A stretch of 63,409 nucleotides of DNA, the filler included, from Bigelowiella natans CCMP2755 (taxonomy: Eukaryota > Protista > Cercozoa), in NCBI GenBank assembly GCA_000320545.1. It is 6 parts of 6 records of this genome, joined end to end, with 100 filler letters (N's around TTAATTAATTAA, not from the genome) between each part and the next. Parts side by side here need not be neighbours in the genome. Positions count along the whole stretch, not along the records: positions 1 to 19,744 come from ADNK01002408.1; 5 more parts are not named here. One strand, 5' to 3'. This document shows positions 1 through 19,844 of the stretch, piece after piece; position 1 is the stretch's first letter; every line of letters starts with the position of its first letter. The translations under genes were made by a program, and so were the position numbers. The notes beneath the pieces are model-generated. The model saw only the letters and a program-made list of their open reading frames with translations. It searched no databases and was not told the origin of the DNA.

Positions 1-156
1 TCCAAGATGCGGAGAGGTGTGTGTTCGGGGGAGGGAGGGGGGGGGGGGATGCATAGATATCTTTGGCATAAGAAGGAAACATACGACGCCGATATGCGCA
101 ATCAAACGCCGCCGACTGTTACTATGGTCTCGATGAATGGAGGCATGATATGCAAG

Positions 157-195
<39 letters not shown>

Positions 196-339
196 TTCCA
201 CCTAATTTTCATCGACGCTTTTAGTCTTGCTCCCATCCTCCTTCCCCCCCCCCCAAATCTTCCCCCGTCCCTCTCCCCAAATCAAGTCATTGCTACTATA
301 TCCCCCCCCCCCCCGCCGCGCCCCGTTCCTTCCTCTCAG

Positions 340-582
340 AGAACGAGCTCCACTCGCACCTTCGCTTCCTCGAGCAAGGCGCTACCTACGGCCTGATATT
401 GCTCTCCAAGATAAACAGGATCACCGACTCGAAATTCGTCGCGCGCTCGCATCACATCGTCGCCGAGTCGCGCCTCCAGTTTGGGCGCCTCGCGCGCCAG
501 CTGCGGAGTCTGCAGCTAGAGGAGAGCAAGGGCGACGAGGGCAAGGACCGCCCCGCGACCGCATTATCGGTGAGGGAGTGAG

Positions 583-631
<49 letters not shown>

Positions 632-835
632 GGGTGCTCTTGTATGCGTGCTTCGCTTTAGTATATATTCATTTTTTCACTTGTGTGATCACAGGGGCTA
701 CAGGACTCGTCCTCTCCGCCGCCGGCGAGACGGACGCACATCATGCAGGAGGAGTCTGCGCTGCACGCGTTCCGGATGGCCGCTGCGCACTACAGCTCGA
801 TTCTCCACCTCAACCCGGATGACTCAAAGTCGTGA
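340..835 (+). CDS. 3' exons of a hypothetical protein gene (partial; exons ~340-569 and 695-835)
   Basis: GC-rich open frame NELHSHLRFLEQG...RPATALS, GTGAG...CACAG intron with (TA)n, in-phase continuation GLQDSSSPPP...HLNPDDSKS* (TGA 833-835). No recognisable domain. Confidence 0.55.
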
Positions 836-1649
836 TTGCTTGTTTGCTGCTTTCAACCGCGAGATCCGACCGTGGCGCCATGCCAAGCAATACGAATGCA
901 CGCATGCTAGTATATACCATTTGCTTTCTGGCCAGGGCTAGCTAGTAGCAAGATAGCATTGGTATGCGGTGGTAACTTGGCCGTTCCAACCCCCCTCCTC
1001 CCCCCCCCCCCCCCTTTAGGGCGCAAAGCGGTCTTCGAGAGGCAAGAAGAGTGATAGAAGAAATGGGCCATAACGCAGAGAAGGGAAATGGCGAGGCGGA
1101 AGAGGAGGAGGAGGAGGAGGATGGGGAGGAGGATGGTGGTGGTGGTGAAGCTGAAAGAAATGAAGCGGAAAGCTGTAGGTGTTAACCCCGAAAAAGGTAT
1201 TTGCTTGCATCCTTGCGTAACCGTGCATGCTGCAGATAAACGAGCCGATTTAATATGAAACATTCGATCTGCCCGCGCATGCGTCTCTGGGATATGCAGG
1301 TAGGCCGCACTTTTGGCAGCTGCTCTGGCGACGAAGACAACGACGCTTTCATGCGAGGCTTGATGGGGATGCGAAAAGGAACAAATGGTCGCTGGAGGCA
1401 GCGGCGACCAGATCGTATCCTCGAAGGCAGAGTATGGGAACTTGCATTTGGTGTGGTTGGTGTAAGGGGCGCTAACAGGCGCGCGCAGCGGTGCGGAGCG
1501 GAGCGGAGAAGCTATGGCATTTGATTTTTCAATTAAATCAGTCAGAGCTTAGAATAACATGTAAAGATCAAGTATGTCCTCATCCCCTCGATGTATATTT
1601 AATTCGAGAAACACATCGAAATAGGCATCATTCAACAATTCGATTACGT

Positions 1650-3330
1650 GTTGCTGCACATTGCCTTTGTCATGCTAGCATGTCTGCAATATGGTGTGCT
1701 GCGTGGCATGCTAGCATTACAGAGATCTTGACACAGTGTGACTTTGGCATCTAGTCGTGCGTGCGCATTGATCTGTGGCCAGGCTGATCGCCTCAACTAG
1801 ACAAGTGAATGATTCTGTGCTTTTGCCCTGCTCTTGCGCTGCTAGCGCTAGCTGCTAGAGCTGGGCTGGCTAGATGATAGACATGCAATACACAACATGT
1901 CCATTATCGATCTAGCAGGGCTAACTAGCTAACTAGAGCTAGCTAGCCATCATGAGCTGCAGGTCTTGCAGTTGGCAAGCTAACGTGCATTTGGGGCTAC
2001 CCAGCTACTCAGTGTTTCCACAGACAAATTGCTGATCTCAAAATTTTTCAAGCTTGCGCTGGCTTGCTAGCTTGCCCCATTTCTAGATTTGCAAACAAGT
2101 GCGCAATGTCTAGCAAAGCCGAAATGCCAGATGAGCCAGCATGCTAGCATGCTAGCGCATGCTGTAGCAGCATGCAAGACGGATGTTTTCGGGATTCCAT
2201 CCACTGGCCAGCGCTAGAGCGTGCTGCTAGTGCTAGCGAGGCCTAGCTAGCTAGCTCACTAGTCCAGCAGTGCCAGAGTGGCGCAGCCACGCACCACTCT
2301 AGCTAGCTAGCACTAGAGAACTGGACTAGCACCTAGAGCACACTGCTAGACTGCGCATGCGTCATGTCATTCCGCCAGCATTCTGAATTCAAGCATTGCT
2401 AGATTGTGCTGTGCCGTTCCTAGATTGTTTCTCGCTCCATGCTGGCATGCTGCCAGCATGTCTAGATGTCTAGATGTGCCATGGTGCTGTCAATCATGCA
2501 TGTGCTCTGACTAGCTCTAAAGCTAGCTAGTCGCGTCAAAACGATCGAGCTCTGTGCATCTCTGGACATTGCAATCTCCAGATCTGGGCGACTGCTCTTG
2601 CTAGCTTGCTAGCTTGGGATCAACAATCCCATCGACTAGCTTTGATGCAACTTGGCTAGCTAGTACTCTGCAGCATGACACCTAGACATGCTGGCACGCG
2701 CACCACACAAGCTAGCTCCAGAGCTAGCATTCACGCTTGCCAGTGCGCCAGCATGCACTAGCTAGCTAGCGCATTGCAATCCAACAATGTGCGCATGCTG
2801 CATGCTAGCTAGCCGCCTAGTAGGCAGAGTAGCTAGTCACAGCATGTCACGTTTTCAAACTTTCTGGCTTGGCAATCATGTCTAGATGTCAACACAAAAC
2901 GATGCTAGCATGCTAGCTTTCCAGCTAGCTAGCTAGATCCAGAGATGGTCCAGATCCGCTAGCTGGTCCGTCTAGCCGCAGCGACCAAGCTAGCCTGCTA
3001 GGCTAGCTAGCTAGCTAGAGCTGCTAGGCTGGCTAGCTGGCACCATAGCTAGACAGGTTGCAAATCAAAGATCTGAAGATTTGAACACCATGCTAGCATG
3101 CTGTAGCCTAGTAGCTAGCATGCCTGTGAGGTGCAAAAGCTAGAAAGGCTAGCAGGCTAGCATGCTAGCAGAACGATGACTGAGTCAAAGTGCATCAGTG
3201 CTAGAGTGGTCATGTAATCTAGCAATGCATGCTAGCATGCTAGCATGGTGCATTTAGCTATCTAGCTAGCTAGGTATGCAATCGCGACATGTTTGGTGTT
3301 GCAAAAATCGAGCATGTGCATGTACTTGCC
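1650..3330. repeat. CTAG/CATG/TGCA-rich low-complexity intergenic tract
   Basis: Dozens of CTAG, GCTAGC and (CTAG)n units interleaved with CATG/TGCA; almost no TpA outside CTA/TAG; no ORF-track ORF between 1755 and 3343. Confidence 0.85.
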
Positions 3331-3554
3331 ATCGCGAAAAAGTTTATTGCCGCATCCGCATTGTTTGAGACACATTTTGCCTGACAACTAAGCCGCTGAT
3401 GATGCGACATGCATTGAAAAAATTATATGCAGCGTAAAAATGTAATGACACATATTGATGTGCTCGTAGCGGAAATGCAAAGACTATTCCGTATATTGTT
3501 TCGATATGTTTTTCCAAGCTGCTCTCGTCTTGTGCAGCGTTTATGTGGCATCGT

Positions 3555-12338
<8,784 letters not shown>

Positions 12339-12403
12339 ATGGGAGATACTCAAACGAGCAAGTTGCCTCGAATTATGATCAAATAGTCTTGTCCGACAAC
12401 ACA

Positions 12404-13470
12404 TTTTGATTGTCGTGCTATGGGAACCAATACGATTCCATCATCTTTGTGCTGATCTACAAATATGGGCTAAAAAAGCATGGAATTTTGACTCTGCGAC
12501 ATGGTATTGCTCAATTGGGAACTTTGTACAAGTTGTGTCGCTGCTATTTTCTGTTCTTTTTGGATGCGAATGCGAAAAATGGGTACCCGTTGAAGGCATG
12601 AGTGTCAGGTGTGTGCCGCGTTGGCAAAGTGTGATGCTCTTCATCGCCGACGCCTTTAAGAGCCAATCGAGACTTATTAAGGTGTTCGCTGGCCACAATT
12701 TTTCGGTCGACGCGAAGGGGGCAGTAGTCATCAGACGATATTTTTAGAAACGATGCGAACGCAGGGGGGTTGCAACAAAAGACATGACCTGTGCCCTGAC
12801 ACTTTCAGGCAGGCTGCGAAGAGTTTAATGAGACGACCCTGACGCAGCACAATGATTCATGTGATTTGTGAAAAGCTTCTTGGCCTTGAAAGAGGGCACA
12901 AAAAACGAAGTTACAGCGCACAGTGCGTACTTGAAGCTCACTTTGCTTGAGGTAAGATTGTGAGATTTCCAGACTGTTGCTGAATCACCAAGACCAGCTA
13001 TTTGAGAACTTTGGTGCATGATGATCCAATGAAATGCAGGCAATTAGGCCAAAATGAAAGCAACATCCAGCCATACTTGACATTTGCCAAAGCCACTTTG
13101 CCTCGACGAAAATCTGAAAAGTCCTATTCGTACTTTTGAGAAGCATAATGGGGCATTTCTTCGTGTCTTATGTTCTGTACGCAGGAATTTAAAACTGGCG
13201 ACAAGACTTGAACGCAACATTCTTGCAAAAGAAGCAATTTTGAAGAACAACTTTCAGGGAAATGTGCTTGTCATCAGCGCAGCCTGCTTGAACTCAGATG
13301 AATTGTCTATGCAATGAAATTCAGACCATTACGATCGCAAAACCAGGCGTGTGATGGATAAAAACCGATACGATTTTGCTCTCTAAACATTTTTTTTTCC
13401 TTTTTTGAGAAAATGCAAGCAAATGCAGGCAAGTGAGCTCAAACATTGAAATGAAATTAGATTTCATTCA
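12404..13470 (+). repeat. Diverged duplicated non-coding segment, copy A (upstream of the C2H2 gene)
   Basis: Colinear similarity blocks with 16561-17318, e.g. tttgattgtcg..atg.gaacc.at.cga, actttt.agaagca...cttcgtgtc...caggaattt.aaact..cgacaag, gtgatgga.aaa and caagtgagctcaaa...atttcat. Confidence 0.7.
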
Positions 13471-13489
13471 GGCAGAGCACTAGGGGAAA

Positions 13490-14884
13490 ATGGACCCTCG
13501 CCTTGATGCTATATCTTCTTTTAAAGACGATGTAAACTTGCTCTTGACCAATGTAGAGGACATTATTCCACCTGTTTGCGAAAAGAATGGTGATTCATCA
13601 ATGAACAGCTCGTCGACTTCTTGTGAAGACGGGGTTTGTTCTAAGAGCTTTGGCTTTGCTGATGCGAACTCACTGTGCCCTTCATTCTCAAGCCTCGGTC
13701 ATTTAGGAAAATATTCAGAAATTGGATTGCTCGTAAATGAAACTGCAAGTGTTGATGAATTTGATGAGGGGAAAGAAACATTGAGATGTGGTGCACTTGC
13801 AGTTGAACAAAATTTCAGTACAAACCTCAGCAGTGTTCCATTATTTCCAATGACCCCCGACCGTCCTAATCAGAAGCTGCAACAAACCCTAGTAACTCAG
13901 CTGTCGAATAATTGTTTACCTCCAACACATGGATCTGCGATCCAAAACCTTCAAAAAAAAAGGTATCGAGATCTTGCTTCTCCGACCCTTGGAAAAGCGG
14001 CAAGGGATCGCAATGTATGCCAAGGCCCTCCTGAAGAATCATGTAGGGAACCTATCTCCAAAGATAATACATCAGTAACAGAATCTCCAGTCCTTGAAGC
14101 TTGGACTCCTTCTAGTTCTCCTCAAACTTTCAAATCGAAGGCTTTCGGTCTTCCAATCCATAAAAATATGTCTACAAGGGCCACAAAACAGCACAGTAGC
14201 CGATTTGTCAAAAACACTCAGTTTCAAAAAATGCAGCGAAAGAGACGACGTTCAGGTGAACTAAGAATGAATCCCACCCACGCTGCTAAATATTATAGCT
14301 TGCTAGCATTCATGAAGGATGAAATCTTAAAGAAAAAATTTTTGCAGTTGCAACAAGCGACTCTATTAATTGATCAACTAACGAGATCATATTTACATAT
14401 TGGGACAGTATGTACTTCGGCCAAACCTTTTTTTGCCCCAATCATTGCAGCAGAGATTCCTTATGACGTAGTTAAGAAGTCTACTTCTGCAATTATCAAA
14501 GAAAAGTTAATTCAAAACTCATGTGGAAACGGGTATTTGGCGGTTGAAAGTGAAATTAAGCAAAACTTCAACTTTGCACGGACAAATAATGTCCTCAATA
14601 TTTACAATAGGGAGATGAAGTTCAACATCTCTCTACCTTCTTCATGCGTTAAACCTGAAAAGAAATATCGATGTCTTTATTGCAAAAAGGAATTTAAACA
14701 GAAGAGCAACATTGAAGCACATGTTCGTGTCCACACTGGCGCTAGACTATTCAACTGCAGTGTGTGCAACAAATCATTTTCTCAAAAGTCGAACTTAAAT
14801 CGTCATTTTGAATCTTCTTCACATATGAAAAATGAAAAAAGATATTCTGCAGATCAAAAACAAACGTCTATCAGCAAATATTAA
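13490..14884 (+). CDS. Intronless C2H2 zinc-finger protein (two C-terminal fingers), probable transcription factor
   Basis: 464 aa ORF ending YRCLYCKKEFKQKSNIEAHVRVH-TGARLF-NCSVCNKSFSQKSNLNRHFESSSH; basic NLS-like RKRRR. Confidence 0.88.
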   Translation: MDPRLDAISSFKDDVNLLLTNVEDIIPPVCEKNGDSSMNSSSTSCEDGVCSKSFGFADANSLCPSFSSLGHLGKYSEIGLLVNETASVDEFDEGKETLRCGALAVEQNFSTNLSSVPLFPMTPDRPNQKLQQTLVTQLSNNCLPPTHGSAIQNLQKKRYRDLASPTLGKAARDRNVCQGPPEESCREPISKDNTSVTESPVLEAWTPSSSPQTFKSKAFGLPIHKNMSTRATKQHSSRFVKNTQFQKMQRKRRRSGELRMNPTHAAKYYSLLAFMKDEILKKKFLQLQQATLLIDQLTRSYLHIGTVCTSAKPFFAPIIAAEIPYDVVKKSTSAIIKEKLIQNSCGNGYLAVESEIKQNFNFARTNNVLNIYNREMKFNISLPSSCVKPEKKYRCLYCKKEFKQKSNIEAHVRVHTGARLFNCSVCNKSFSQKSNLNRHFESSSHMKNEKRYSADQKQTSISKY

Positions 14885-15654
14885 TACATTGTCACATAGT
14901 AACTAGACACTTGACTAATGCCTAAGTGAGTCTATTTCAACAATTGCATCTTCGTCAAATCACATACATTGATACGATTTCGTAGAACATTGTCAATGGT
15001 TAAAAAATGTCATATTTAAACTGTTACGAAACGCTAGTGAAATAATGCACGCTCTTGCACACCAGGATCATCAAACAGCAATCAATCGAAACCAAGTGTC
15101 CAAACTTTCAGAGAGACAATGGAATGGTTGCATTTGCAATTTTTTGTTAATCAATGTGGAGACCTCTTGTCAGATTGCAAGTGAAAATTTGAATGGCATT
15201 GACTAGTTTGTGTGATTGGTTTTTCATGTCTCATTTGGTTTGAGCATGCGTGTTGATTTAGGCATGCGTGGGTCGCCATGGATTGTGTTGTGCTCTAGTT
15301 GTGTGTCAAGTCAACCTAGGTGTGCAGCGTCCATCGAACTGCATGCATGGCCGCACTAGCGCAATTGAATGGGCTGCTTTGCTTCCTAATTTAGTTCCAG
15401 AGTTAGGTAAGTCGAGGGTGTGAGCTTGACCTGAAGGCCACCAAAATAGCGAAAATGCCAGAAGAGGGCGAATGCGCTCTGTCAAAGTTTTTGCACATTC
15501 AGACATGATCACTGCATTTTGCATTGCATTGAGCTGGGCGCACTAATGGGCGGCAAGAAAGTGCACTGCACATTGTTGCAGATGTTGTCTACAATCATTA
15601 TTGACGTGGCAATCACTTCATTTGCACACATCTAGTACAAGCACTTCGCTTAAT

Positions 15655-16289
15655 CTATAAAGTTCGATATTTAGGGAGCTCCCTCGACAAAAGACAAAAT
15701 ATTTTTTTAATTTCTGGACGATGTTTGTAATAGGCGTTTAAGTGCTCCTTCAAAGAGAGCTAGGAGTCGGTGGAAGTGCACAATAAGGCAACAAATTTGA
15801 GGTAGTTTGTGTGTACCGAGATCATAATTTTTTACCTTAAAATCTACATTATCCAGTTTGCAGCGTTTGAATACTCTTCCTAAGCCCCTTTCCGTCCGTC
15901 TCGATACAGGAACATGAGAGGCAACATGCCTGAGGTAATGATGATAATGGAGGGAGGACAAGTGAAAAGGGAAAAAGTAAGAAAGGAAAAAGGTAGACTA
16001 GCGGAAAGGTATTATGAATTGCCTATAGTTTATAGTTCACAAAAATTTGATGGATAACCTAATCCAACCCTCTTTCAATCGGAACGTTTTTAACACTCCA
16101 CTTCCTTCTTCAAGAAAAAATCGTTCGAAGCGCCTGAATTGCAATGTGAGAAATGAACAAGCATTAACAAATAATGTGTTGAGCGAATCGATATTTTTTC
16201 ACACGCCGCCACAGATACGTGCAAGAAGCTTCATATCGCAATTCAGAACACACTGAAGTAGACCGGCAACCGAGGTAGTGAAATTTCAT
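15655..16289 (-). CDS. Small multi-exon hypothetical protein (start uncertain)
   Basis: Four GT-AG-bounded exons join in phase: MKFHYLGCRS...ASCT|RFERFFLEEG...GWIR|HVASHVP...NVDFK|LSLKEHLNAYYKH...YRTL*. Confidence 0.5.
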
Positions 16290-16560
16290 CTAATTCTACA
16301 AAATAGCTAAGAGCAATGGTGCTGCTTTAGTGGATAGTGGAAAATGATTAATCAACGATTACCATGGCCGATTCTTAATGCTATTCGTGGATGTTCATAG
16401 GGGGTTTGAGGTTTACAAATGATGGAAGTAAGCTCTCACCATTTCAAACGCTACTAAACTCCATTGACCTTTGATCCCGACCGACCAATCATCGGAAAGT
16501 CGCAAATACGAATTTTGAAAAATATATAAATACAATGGTTCTGAAGGGGAATCATTCCTG

Positions 16561-17318
16561 TTTGATTGTCGCTCAATGAGAACCGATGCGAATTTCGCAA
16601 AAGCGCCGTGCCCGAAGCCATGTCTTCCGTTCCAATCTCCCTGCGTTTTTCATGCTTCTAGAATCATCTTCTAATCCGCTGTCAGATTGCCATCAGGAAC
16701 CTACGTCACCGAACACCTTAAGTCTCGGTTTTGTCCACGATGTACTCGTAAGGGCAACAACTGGCTCGTGGCGTCCGAAGAGTACCCATTTTTCGTAGTC
16801 GAACTTACAGCGCACATGACTAATTCATTTGGAGCGAACATTCAATCTCCACTCATCTACAAAAACGAGGGCGTTTAGGCTTCAATTTGAACCAAAACCC
16901 AGCTGCGATTGACGTTAGTCGCAGCCACCCAACCTCAAAAAAAAACTGAGGTGCACTTGTTGCACTTTTAAGAAGCAAATTGCGGCATCTCTTCGTGTCA
17001 AAATTTCAGCACACAGGAATTTCAAACTAACGACAAGGCATGAACACAATTTTCTCATGAAAGAGCAAAGCAAAAAGCAAATTAGAAGAGCGACTTTGGA
17101 GGAAGCATGCTGAACCCAAGTGAGTTGCTCCGTCGCAGGAAAATGAGACGAATGCGAGTTCAAAATCCGGCTCGTGATGGACAAAGAACGGCGTTTTTTG
17201 GCTTTCTGGAGCAGAGGATTGCCATGTTTGTTAGAAAAAGATGCATTCACTTTTTAACCAAAAGGCCAATAATCATAGCCAAGTGAGCTCAAATGCCAAG
17301 ATCTAACCAAATTTCATC
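16561..17318 (+). repeat. Diverged duplicated non-coding segment, copy B (interrupted by the LTR)
   Basis: Same similarity blocks as 12404-13470; homology ends at atttcat a few bases before the LTR TG. Confidence 0.7.
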
Positions 17319-17322
17319 TCGA

Positions 17323-17648
17323 TGTAGCGCGTACCACTACGCGGGCACAAGTCACGTGCGACAACAAAGGGGTTGTCGCGGATATAGAATATAGATAACG
17401 TAGATATTAATACAGCATAGGCACGTGGGTTCCGGCGGGACTCATGGCAGCACACCGGAAGTGTGCTGCCCCACGTGCGGCGGCATTCGCGAAAGCTTCG
17501 CGAATGATTACGCAGTGCACGATTTAATAAAAATATAATCTTTAATAAAAATAAACACAACTCTTCAAAAGGAAGCAAACGTGCCTTTCCCCCCCCCTGC
17601 CTACTTGTGCACGTAGCGCCTCGGCCTGTGAACACCTTACGCGCAACA
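17323..17648 (+). repeat. 5' LTR (~326 bp)
   Basis: Begins TGTAGCGCGTA and ends TACGCGCAACA (10/11 terminal inverted repeat, TG...CA); duplicated TTTAATAAAAATA poly(A)-signal-like motif; followed 5 nt later by TGG. Confidence 0.75.
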
Positions 17649-17653
17649 ACCTT

Positions 17654-17671
17654 TGGCTTCCACACACGGGA
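17654..17671 (+). other. Candidate primer-binding site (TGGCTTCCACACACGGGA)
   Basis: Starts with TGG 5 nt after the LTR end; reverse complement TCCCGTGTGTGGAAG-CCA resembles a tRNA 3' end. Cognate tRNA not identified. Confidence 0.6.
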
Positions 17672-17687
17672 AACGATTTGACTAACA

Positions 17688-19744
17688 ATGTCACAGCAGC
17701 TAGAAGAACAGCAGGACTTTGGCTCGCAGGCCGTGCAAGGGCACGAGCAGAAACAGGAAAGGAAGGGCGATACGGACGCTAAGGAAGGAGGAGGAACACC
17801 TCCACAGGCACCGCCGGGACCAGCACCCGGGATTAAGAAAGCAGATGCAGCAGCAGAGGCACTGGAGAACTTCTACGAGGCGGACGACGAGGACGTGGCC
17901 GCCGAAAGCAAGAAGGTCGTAATGGCATTACGAGCCTTGCGACCCAGGGCGAGCAACTACGCCAAACTGAAAGTATCGATAGAATACAAGTATCAGACAC
18001 ATGATGTTTGGGCAGCTATCATGCAGGACATCATGGATTACGAAGCAGACTTACCTCCAGAGTGGGCAGCTTTGTTTAGGAACGACGGGGGTCTGGGCGC
18101 CTCGCGGGGGACGACCCAGAGCACCGTCAAGCAGCAGCAGCCGGTACAGCGGAACACCCAGTTCATGTCTGTTAAAACAGCACCGGTTATGATAACGAAA
18201 TACAACGGGAAAAGAGGTGAGGCAAGGAGGTGGTGGAAGAACGCTAGGAGTATACTCTGCGACTTTACCCCTAACCCCACCGAAAACGACAAGCTCAAAT
18301 GGCTAGCTATAATAAAGCAAGCCATGGACCTTTACGAGACAGGCAGGACCCGGATCAGGCAGCTAGAGAAAATACACACTACAGTTAGTGGGCTACGAGA
18401 CGTTGAGGCGATAATGAAGGCTTTTGTAAATGAACAGGATGCTAACTCCCTACCCCAGGCTATTAGAAAATACAGAGCAATGATGCAGCATGAGAGAGAA
18501 CCTGTTAGAGACTTTGCCACGCGCTTCCAGGATATGATCGACGAACTACATGATTTTAATTACAACACAGGTGATGATCAGGCAAGGTTTGAAGAGTTCA
18601 AGTTAAAGATAAAGGAATCCACTTACGTTACGGAGAAAGGCTACACCACGATGGAGGCAGCAGTGCAGGCTATATCCCTACGCGAGCAGGAGCAGGACCG
18701 CAAGTTTACCAGCCCTAAGGTACCTGGCATAGGAAACATTAACGCTATTAAGCCGCAGCGAGACTGGTACAAGGACAGGGAAGGTAACCGACGTTGCGGA
18801 TACTGCTCACGTAAAGGGAAACACACCGCTAAAGACTGCAGAGACAGGAAAGAAGGACGACCCAGGATGACGATCAGGCAGCTCAACGAACACTACGAGA
18901 AGTTAAAGAGAAAGAAAGGCAGAGGACAAGGATATAACAACAGCAAATGGCAAGGCAGCAACAACGGGAAGAACAATAAATATAAGAACAAAAAGCAGAA
19001 CAGTATCAATGCTATACAGCAGCAGATAAACGGAATATTAGATCACCTTAAGCAGGCGCCGACGAAGACAGCAGTACCAGCAACGCAGGACCAAGACAAG
19101 CCCATGACCCTAGACGACATAAAGAACTTAGGAGTATGCAACATTAATGACGAAGACGCTAACAGGACTATCAAAGTTGCTATGACCAAGGTTAAAGTTA
19201 AAGACAGCTACGGAGACTACAAGAAACTACCTGCCCTTTGGGATAGTGGCAGCATGCCGAAGTCCTTCATAAGCCTAAGCACAGTAAGAAGGTTAGGACT
19301 ATTGGATCAAGTGACTAAGAAAGAACGTAAATATGCTCAAGCAGACGGAAGCTCTTCCATGAAGACCGTCGGTGAGCTAATGCTAAAGCTACAGATACCT
19401 GGCAGCGACGCGGAGACCCAAATCAAGACCCGAGTAGCCATGACTTTATCCATGGAACTACTCCTCGGACAGGATGCCCTAGAAAAATTAGGGGGGATCA
19501 TATCATTCTACAATCACAAGATATACTTTGCTAAGTTGCCAAAGAAGTCAGGCAGGACCATCAGCCAGAACATGATACGGCTTGACGAGTGGACCTCTGA
19601 GTCAAGCGTTAATGCGTTAGAGTTTATGGACCTAGCGGACAACAAGCTACCTACACCTACCGAGCTACGGAAGAAGAACCCCGGCAAGACCATCCGACAG
19701 ATAACGGAGCTACTGGACAAGACCCCCCCAGCTGATGATTGGGA
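17688..19744 (+). CDS. gag-pol: Gag-protease polyprotein (partial)
   Basis: Capsid-like KYNGKRGEARRWW and MQHEREPVRDFATRF, zinc knuckle CGYCSRKGKHTAKDC, aspartic protease ALWDSGS...LLLGQDAL. Confidence 0.9.
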
Positions 19745-19844
19745 NNNNNNNNNNNNNNNNNNNNNNNNNNNNNNNNNNNNNNNNNNNNTTAATTAATTAA
19801 NNNNNNNNNNNNNNNNNNNNNNNNNNNNNNNNNNNNNNNNNNNN
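19745..19844. other. Artificial contig spacer N44-TTAATTAATTAA-N44
   Basis: Identical 100 bp six-frame-stop linker occurs five times in the window. Confidence 0.98.

Larger units (their letters stand above)
17323..19744 (+). mobile_element. Ty3/Gypsy LTR retrotransposon, 5' half (truncated at contig end)
   Basis: 5' LTR, PBS and an uninterrupted gag-protease ORF running into the spacer. Confidence 0.88.
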
